From Tricharina praecox (taxonomy: Eukaryota), in the NCBI RefSeq assembly GCF_024521635.1, contig NW_026250403.1, forward strand, positions 1,860,001-1,924,000: a DNA stretch of 64,000 bases, given 5' to 3'. The notes beneath the pieces were generated by a model, which worked only from the letters and a program-made list of their open reading frames with translations, made no database searches and was not told the DNA's origin. Positions 55,101 to 64,000 of this stretch are shown here, piece after piece; position 1 is the stretch's first letter; each line of letters begins with the position of its first letter. A program made the translations under genes and the position numbers.

Positions 55101-58100
55101 TTAGCATGTCGACTTGTCCGGGCATGCATGGGTACTCTGCTCTACATACAGTAGAAGATAGGGAAAAGAGAGAGAGTGGGATATCGATGCGACATCGCCG
55201 AGCGGGTGGATAGCATACCGTGGGTATGTAGCAAGAAGGCTGGGTTGGTTGACGGTCATGAGCGTCATATGTAACCCCCCCTCGACACCTAACAGAGTAC
55301 CTATGTCATACGCCCGACGACAACTACGACGACGACTGCAATGCAATGGGGCTTTGCATGCAGATTGCAGCCCCACGAAAGAAACAAGTTCTTGGTAGTG
55401 TGTTTGAAGTGCAGTGGCATCTCTGCTATATACCTCTGCCACGGAGCACTCACCACTTGCTTCGAATCTCGATGCAGCACCAACTTCTAACTACCGGGAA
55501 GCCGATGGGTTCTTGTGTGGGTGCATAACATAGCATAGGCAGGTAGAGTATGTAGCATAAGGAAGAGTACCAGTCGTTTCCCGCTTCTCCAAGCGGGCCA
55601 TTTTTCCTTCTTTCCTTCTTTTCTTCTTTTTTCCTTCTTTTCTTTTCCCCTTCTTTCGCGAGTGTTGATTGATGATCGGAGAATTCGATAGACGGACACT
55701 CTAGATAGATAGAGGGTGGACCGACCCGAGAAACCGATAACCGAATCAGATTCTGCGATGCCCGCGATGAGAAATATAATGGCTCATGCGGGGGAAGGAA
55801 GGCTGCTCGGCGTTAATTAACGATTCGAAACGGCATGCAGAAGCTATCCGGCCTTCCTTCCTTCCAGCCATCCAGCCAGCAAGCAATCCAACCGTGGCAT
55901 ACTTATCCGAGATGTTCTTTCCTGCACGCCTCGCAGACGGTATGTAAGTAATTACGCAGCGCTACTACTATCCTCATCCACCTCCCCCGTGGTCGAATTC
56001 CCCACAACTTGCAGCTGCTTCTCCGAGCGGCCGCCGCCGTCACCGTCGCCGTCGGTTCTTGAGGATGTTTTAGGTCATTTATTATTTTATTTTTAAAAAG
56101 AAAAGAAAAATGGATACACGCAGACAGCAGAAAGCTGCTCCACCACTTTGGGTAGCTTAATGCGAGAGCAGAATTAGTCTGTATGTACTCTATACCGACG
56201 TCGAACCATTGTGAGAGCATGCACATGTGAAGACTTGTGTGTGTACTACGCCCATGTCTGATGTCCGGGGTTGATCCACTAACTAATCGGCTGCGGATGG
56301 GACGTACTTATGTACGTGCCATCGCTGTTCCGGCAAAGCGTCGAGGTTGTACTGGTATGTAGACTACCTAAATAAGTACTATTTACACTCTAGAGTCGTT
56401 ATGGTCCACGGAGGCCGGCCGGCGATGTTACGGATCTGCTCTCAACTGTCTGCTGGCGAACGAGCAGGATACGGTACGGTACGATAACTACCCTGGCGGA
56501 CGAAAGGCGACCCTTCTTCCCTTCCCCTTCCCCTTCCCCTTCTTCTTTCCCTTCTTCTTCTTCCCCTTCTACTTTTTTCCCCTTCTACTTCTTCCCCTTG
56601 TCACCCTGCCGACAGCTTACTTTGCCTTGCACCTGCATGGCGCCCGCATGTTGGCTGCCACTGCCACTGCGCGCTGCGCTGCACAAGTTTTCTGGCACCA
56701 ACGTTCGCAAGTTTTCTTCATGATGAGAAGTGCACGTGTGTGTGAGTGCATCGATATCGTAAAGGGCGATTCGAGCCGCCGTTCTCGTGGGAGACGAGAG
56801 ACACCTTGGTGGATGGGTGCATAGCGGGTGTGCTGCTCCGGCTTTCTGCTATTCCTCCCCCCCGTGGCAGCCTGGCCTCGTGACTCCGGGCCAGCCTACA
56901 CGAGCAAGTTAGTAGAGTACTTGCCTACTCTACTCTACTACTATAGAAACGTCCTCACGAGCCGAGAATGTGGGGAAGGCGCCAGTGTGGGGAAGGGTTT
57001 ACTCTATGCTAGAGCCTGGTGTTGGTGGTCTGGTGGTGGTTACGGCCAGCCGAAGCGAGACAACAGCCGCCGCCCTCCCTCCCTCCCTCCCTCCGTGTGC
57101 TACATATCATAGATAGCTCAAACTTTATCTCGCAGACGTAGAACGGAAAATCTCTCGAAGTTTCGTTCAACCTCAATCCAGTGTCACCTCACCAACCCTC
57201 CCCCCTTCCAAGCTCCCCCCTTCCAAGTTTCCAACCCTTCCAAGTCCCCCCTCCACCCCTTCCCCCCACCCCGACCACCACCCCCGACCACGCACCACCA
57301 CCAACGGATAGGTACCTGACAACCCCCCCTTCGCTACCATCCGGTAGCGGGTCCGGTACTCTAGAGTCTACTCTAGCGGGTACATAGATAGCGGTACCGC
57401 GCCCGTCATCGATCTCGGTCTCTCGGAACTGCACTCATTGGACCGATGCAGCAGCCTTGCATCGGATGGAACTAACTAGTTTATGCAGCAACGTTAAGCA
57501 ATTGCAAGCCTTCTCTCTCCATGGCATGTCCAGCCTTTCGCTCTAGTACATACGGTACCTAGAGTACTCTACTCTACTCGATGCGAACCGGCATGATGGC
57601 ATGTTGAGTAGAGTATGGAGATACTCTAGAGTACTTACTACTACATATCTATGGCATACTATGCCTGCCAGCTGCACGTTACAACGACTACCTAGGAGAC
57701 CACACCTCGGTCGCCTACATACTACACATACATCCTACCCACTCAAGCCACTTTACTAATCGGAATCCAACCTAAGGAATGTAGGTACTCTACCCTACGT
57801 GGTACTCTGGCTGAGCCACTGCTAACTTCTTGTAGGCACCTTTACTACTAGTGATAATTGGCCATGGCTATCGGAGCTGTCGCAGTGGCTATCGGCCTGT
57901 AAGGAATGGGCAACGAATCACGATCTGCAAGACACGAATCACCTATGTGCCTGCCTACCCTTCCACCCAGCATCATCCGGCATCATCCAGCATCATCGAG
58001 CGGCAGAACCTTGGAAGCTGCCGGTGCGGCTGTCGCTGTCCGGGAGAGAACGCTACGAGAGGCAAGGCTCCTCGTCTTGCCGCTGCACGCAGTCGTGACG

Positions 58101-61100
58101 GATCGGCTTGTCCGCTTTGCTTGGTTCGGCTATTCGAGCCCCCCCTCCCCTCCCCGCTGCCGAATTGAGTTTCAACCCGTCGGCTGTTTTTTCTTTTCTT
58201 TTCGATGGAGAGTTTGACGTACATACCTACGTGGGTTTGACATGTACGGCACGCTACATTGCATTGCCTGCCTGCCTGTCTATTTGTCTGCCTGTCGACA
58301 CATGCCGACCTCAGGCCCCCCCTTCCCATTGATTGGAGGAAGTAACCTGCCGGCCCACAGCCGCCGCCAAGTTGGCTCCCGCATCCATCCAGTCAAGTCG
58401 AGTTGCACGCAGCCGACCGTAGTGTGACAACACCGAGGATCCTTCGCAGCAGCGGTGAATGGGGGCGGCGAGAATCAGATGTCCGGGTATCGGTGTTGAA
58501 ACAACAGGCCGTGGGCGAGACATGTTTCGGTCGTTATCGGTGCCCCCCGTCCTACAGAGGCAACTTGTACGAAAATCATATCCAAGACACCGCAGTGCAG
58601 CCAGCCAGCCAGCCGATGACCCTTACCATTGGTGGTGGTGCTCGAAAGTTCCTATGCTGAGGGATACAACCCGTCATGCCATCGTGATCACAATCAATAC
58701 CTACAGTACGTACGTACAGTGGAGTCTCTCTCGCTCAGGTATGTAGGCTATAGCTAGCTAGCCAACAAGCTGTCTGCCGGAAAACATTGGTCGCATGCGA
58801 CTTCTGTTTTGCATCGTATTTGCGAGGGCAAGCAAGAAAAAAAAAAGTCACGATGTGCTGTCTGGTTGGCTGGTGTACTTTACTCGTACCCGGTCTGGTC
58901 ATCATGTAATGTACGTGCTTCCCCCACCCCACCCATCCCCCACTCACCCTTTCCTCTGACGTGTACAACACAGCCGCGTAGTTTCCATCATAAAGGTACA
59001 TACAGTACACAGCAATGCAACACTAGGAAAGACGGCACGTACCGCCAGATCCGGATCCGCACCACGTTTTTGGGCTTAAGCAGTTTTTTTTCTTTCTTCT
59101 TTGGCGGGCAGATAGAGTGGAGTACTGACTTAGTTACCGTGGAGTGGAGTATAGGCGAGCAGCTTCGACGTCTCTCGTGGGCCTAGTTAGGGTACTGGTA
59201 CATACATTAGCTGTAACACGTATGTGCATGTACCTAAACTACCCTCTGGAGTACTGTACCGCCTATGTACCTATGATATGGTACTACATACGAGAAAGGC
59301 TCCTAAAAGCCACACATAGGTACATAAGTTACGCTCACTCACAGCCGGTGGGGCTGCCAAGCGGCTGCAGGTGCGCTATGGGGCTAGTTAGTGGCTCACT
59401 GCACTGCACTGCACGCCCATTCACACGTCGTGACGAGCCGCCTGTGAGATGCCCCCCCGGTGGTCATGGCTCGTCTGGGCAGATCTTATCGATATACTAG
59501 ATCCGTATCGTGGCCATCGATAACCGGTGGGTGGGTGGGTGGGTGGGGGGTGGCGGGGGGTTTACTACTTTGTATGTGTGTAATGTGTGGTACCGGCTAA
59601 CAGTGTATAGATCGAGCAATTGCCTATACGGTATCATAGAAAAGCGACTCACGTGCGTGGAAGCTACTACGCTAGTAATGGGGCGCGTTCATAGAATCCT
59701 GTATTTCTCGCTCGCTCCACTGACACTCGGGCTGGGGGATCGTCGTGGTCGCGGGAGACAACGGAGCGTAGTACTTCGGTAGGAAGCGGGAGGCGGGAAG
59801 CGGGAAGCGGGAGACCTCCAGCTGACTGACTGAGACGCGCGCCGCCGGGGCGGGGGGGCAAGTTGGTTGCAGGAGACGACTCTGCACTCCTATGTACGGT
59901 ATGCACCATGCACTCCTAAGATGTAGTTATCATGCGGCTGCGAAACAATAACAAAAACCACGACTTGCGTTATCGAAACGAACCGGAAACACTGCACGAA
60001 TGGCATCCATGAACGCCATCATCGAAATCAATCGCCGATTATTAGCCGCACGCACGCCGCAAGCCGCACGCCGCCTCTGTTGGAATCATAGCTACTCTAT
60101 GTTGGAATCCGGCAGTTCCCAGAGGCCTGCTGTCACCGCCATTGGTTGGTTGGTCCGGACTCCGGCGGCGCGGGTTGCGATTCGACCTACATAGGTGGAG
60201 ATACATTCAGAAACAGAAACAGAAACATGGCCATTCAATGGACTCCCTCGGCCAGAATAGGTAGAGTAGAGTACGGTAGGTACATAGCTGCCCCCCCCCC
60301 CCCCCCCCCTGTACTAGGCAGTAGTATTGGAATAGTTAACCATCGATGGCCAAAGTCCACCCCGTCGCGGTACTTTTCTGCCGGTTTTTTTGTTTTGTTC
60401 TTCGAGGGAAACGATTGGTATCTGGAGTACCTATCCCAGGTACTCCAAGGACGAGAGGCGGTATGCAGATTGTGTCTCCCTCTCAACGAAATAAAAACAA
60501 AATAGAACAAAAAATGATATCAACTTGACAACTTTCCTCGCCTCTCGCCTCGCCTTCCCTTTTTTCTTCTTTCTTCCTTCCTTCCTTCCTTTTTTTTCCT
60601 TCTTCTTCTTGCCCTTTCGTGCGTCTCCACGCGCCGGAGCGGAGCGCAAAACAGGTTTTTTCTTTCTTCTGGTACCGAGACAAATCGTATATCACATACT
60701 TTCGCGTCCGGGCTGATTTCTCGATCGTTGGGGGCTATGTAGCACGGTTAGCACGGTAGGTAACACGGTAGAGTAGGTACCATAGGTAGCACACCCTGAG
60801 AAGGATGACAGGTCGTCGAGATCGGTGTGGCGGTAGGTAGTAGAGTAGAGTAGTGTTCTCTAGGGGGAGTGGCAGCAGCCCTTCTATGTTGAAATTAATT
60901 TGCCTCTATATAGGCTCTAGCGACGGTGTCGATCATCACTCTGGAGCCTGGTGGGTGCTGGGTGGGTATATAGGGTAATGTAGTTGGGGTAGTTACGCGC
61001 TGTGATTGGACTGGTTCCGAATGAAAGAAAACATAGTAAGCACCGGTAGATGGATGGATGGATGGTCGAGGAGAAACAGAAACAGAAACAGACTGCCGCT

Positions 61101-64000
61101 GCGGCGGCAGGGCCATACTACTCTACCTATACTAGTACTCTACTATAATAATGAGATTGAGATACCAACCCCAACAGCACGCGGTCAGGAGGACGAGGCC
61201 TCGGTCCAACAATAGACGGATCGCCGTCACCGCCCTGGTGGTGGTTGGAATTTGGGTTACTCGAACCAGCAGCGATTTGCGGCGATGATTCCAACATCCA
61301 CGCGGTGGGGAGACTCGAGACTCGGAGAGAGAGGCAGAGTACATGGCCACCAGGTAGCATACGGGACGTTTAGAATGCAAACCAACTCCTGGAACACTCT
61401 GTGCAGGAAACGACTGATCACCTCGAACTAGAGTAGAGCCTTAGGTTCGAGTGATTCGTAATGCCGGATGATCTTGGTTTCGAAAATTTGAACCCACGGC
61501 TCGGTCTTGGGATTGCACACTTGCGAAAACTCCTGTTCGGCTCTGTTCCCGTTCCTTGGCCCACGGCTACCGACCCTTTCGCTTAGTTAGATCTGGAGGG
61601 GAGTGGGACGGAGCTTCTTCTTCTTGTTCTCATCCAGGTAGATAAATAGTAACACTGGTCCCAATCTATCTATCCGTTCATCCTGGCACCGGCGACTTCC
61701 ATGGTTGGTTGGTTGGATCGACTCGAATCGCTGGAGAGATTGAGCCTGTATTGCACATTTTATTTTATTTTATTTATTTATATTCATATGTTTTGTTTCT
61801 TGCGCAGAAACGGCTGCTCCTCCGACCCTAACTAACGGGAAACAACCTTACTAGAGCAGAGTAGCTGTCGACTGTCTGTCTGTCTGCCTGCTTTTCCCAC
61901 AGCTGCCCCCACGGTTTAACTATCTATGTACCGGGCCTTTTAGCTTCTTTCCCTCATGGAGTATGCCGATGAAGACAAGACAAGACACAAGAAATCGTAT
62001 GGTAAGTTAACCCATTACGGCCACATTTAGTGCTTCCGACCGGCTCGCTGGAACTTCCCGCTCCCATTAGTTAGATGCTGTTTCTGCATGGGTGGGAATA
62101 CCTAATAGCTATACCTCTACTAGTAGAAAACACTCGGAGTAATAAATAAATGTTCCTCGGGGACTCATACTTGCTTGCAGATGTAGAACAGTTGGCAACG
62201 AATGAGCATCCCGAACTCGAAAGGAAAAAATATCTCCATATGTACATACGGGCAGTCCGAATCAACCCCCAATCCCAATCCCAGCACACGCTGTGATTTC
62301 ATCCAATAATGATCTGTGGATTGGTTCCCTTTCCCTTTGCCCCTCCCCTCCCCGGGCTTCAGAATGATCGAGAGATAGAAGAAGAGAAGCCCTAATGAAT
62401 TTCCTTGACAAATTGAAACTTTTTTAATGTGGGAAGGAAATATCACACCCCTCCGACTCCCAGCATGGAGTAGGCAGAGTACCGTAGACCCCCCCCCCCC
62501 CCCCCCCCCCCCGCCTAAACCATCAAAGCGTCGTTCTAGAAGAACCCAAACCACCACACATAACCCCCCCTCACACCCCTTCATCTCCTAACCTAACCCT
62601 ACCCAAGTAACCGGGGCTTGTGTGCAGAGTACTCTAGTTATCTATCTAACAACAACATAGGTACAGATACCTGTTATAGCTCTCGCAGCCACCGAAAAGC
62701 CACCGAGACACCCCGTCTTCCGGGTAGTAGGGTAGTAGGGTGTCCAGAGATTTTTCTAAATGGGATATCGGATCTAATACTCGATGGAGAAGAGAGCTTC
62801 GACTAAAGGTATCTACTGGCGGGAATATCCATTTCATCACCCCATCATATCCTCCATACCCCTTGAGTCCCCCTAGAGGTCATGATGCAGAATACTCATG
62901 GGGGAGATGGGGGAGGGCGAGGATCTGCCATCCCAAAGATGTCATTCGTATCTCCCACGATTCCGTGCAGACTTGGCAGGAAAGGTGTCTACCGTAGGAT
63001 GTATGTAGTTATCCGACTCCTTCTTGCCCCCCTTGAACGGGCACTGCAAGTCTGTTACTGAGACTCTTACTGCTGCTCGGGCTGGGCAAAAGCTCCTGCA
63101 GGAGTTAGACGGAATCAATGACCCTGGTATGGTAACTGGGGTTTGCGGAATACATACCTAGGTGCAGCTTACTTGCTTCAACCTGCCTCTCGCCGGTGGT
63201 GGTCATTCCTGTGCAGATTCATCCATAGTAGAGTACCCAGGTAGGACGGGTAGGCCGGGCAGCTACATGGAGTATGCAGGATCTCGCACTGCCCCGGCGT
63301 TCTGTGGCCTATCCACCGGAGCGCAAATCTTGATCGACGGAAGGGATACAGACGGGTTGATTGGATCCTGCGCTGCAAGGCTAGCTTGGGAGTTTGATGT
63401 TGCAGGTGGTGGTGGGGGGGGGGGGGAGCTACGACCTGTGATGTAGTAGGAGCTTCTGGAGAGAAAATCCTGGACAACTCAGATCAACCAGCTTGATACT
63501 AGACAGGGCGGAGAAGCTGGATGCTTTGCGTAGGCCCTACATCACTGCTGGAACACGTCCCCGATGATGGCGAGGGGCTCATACGTACCTACGCAGGAAA
63601 GAACGGCTAGATGGATGAGCGTGTGGTTATGATACCTGCTTTACATGAATAGCAATGTTCATGGCCGATCATGATTTCAACTCAATCCCAGAACTTGTCT
63701 TGTCTCGTCTTGTCTTGTCTGCCTGCCAATTGCCAACTGCCTCTCACACTGGTTCAACTTCAGGCTCCAATTTCTATACGAAACATAGCCACAGCGTGAT
63801 GTAAACCGGAGGCGTCTAAGATGAGCAAAGGCTTGTCAGTGCTGCTCACCCTCATGAAATTCAGACAACGTTGGATCCTGATCAAGGCCAAATCTAAACA
63901 TGACCGATTCACGGCAAAGATAGCACACACCTCCGTGATGCGGTTCCTCCCCTCCCCACGTCCGAGCCGTTTCCTGTTTCTTCCATGGGAAACCCCCGTC

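Overview
Eukaryotic DNA from a filamentous ascomycete. It has short GT-AG introns with CTRAC branch points; Pezizomycete-like style is my inference. The first ~27 kb is gene-dense with nine genes: the 3' end of a coiled-coil protein, a small hydrophilin-like protein, a secreted 6-Cys KP4/Ecp2-like protein, a DET1-type histidine phosphatase, DEG1/Pus3 tRNA pseudouridine synthase, an AA14 lytic polysaccharide monooxygenase with a C-terminal 6-Cys module, an Sds3-like Rpd3L subunit, a secreted FAD-dependent oxidoreductase of a family I know mainly from bacteria, and the complex I 49-kDa subunit. The remaining ~37 kb holds one recognisable gene, a four-finger C2H2 transcription factor. It lies inside a gene desert (~15 kb downstream, >20 kb upstream) full of microsatellites, poly-G/C tracts and TAGAGTA/TACTCTA words. 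Two degenerate repeat pairs occur: a ~250-bp inverted pair at 21.4/23.3 kb and a ~170-bp direct pair with Pol III-like hallmarks flanking the complex I gene. Exon/intron structures were derived by hand from the sequence and family calls come from recalled motifs, not database searches. I found no clear-cut new multi-gene system. The best leads are the AA14 architecture, the TF gene desert, the secreted flavoenzyme and the twin ncRNA/SINE-like elements.
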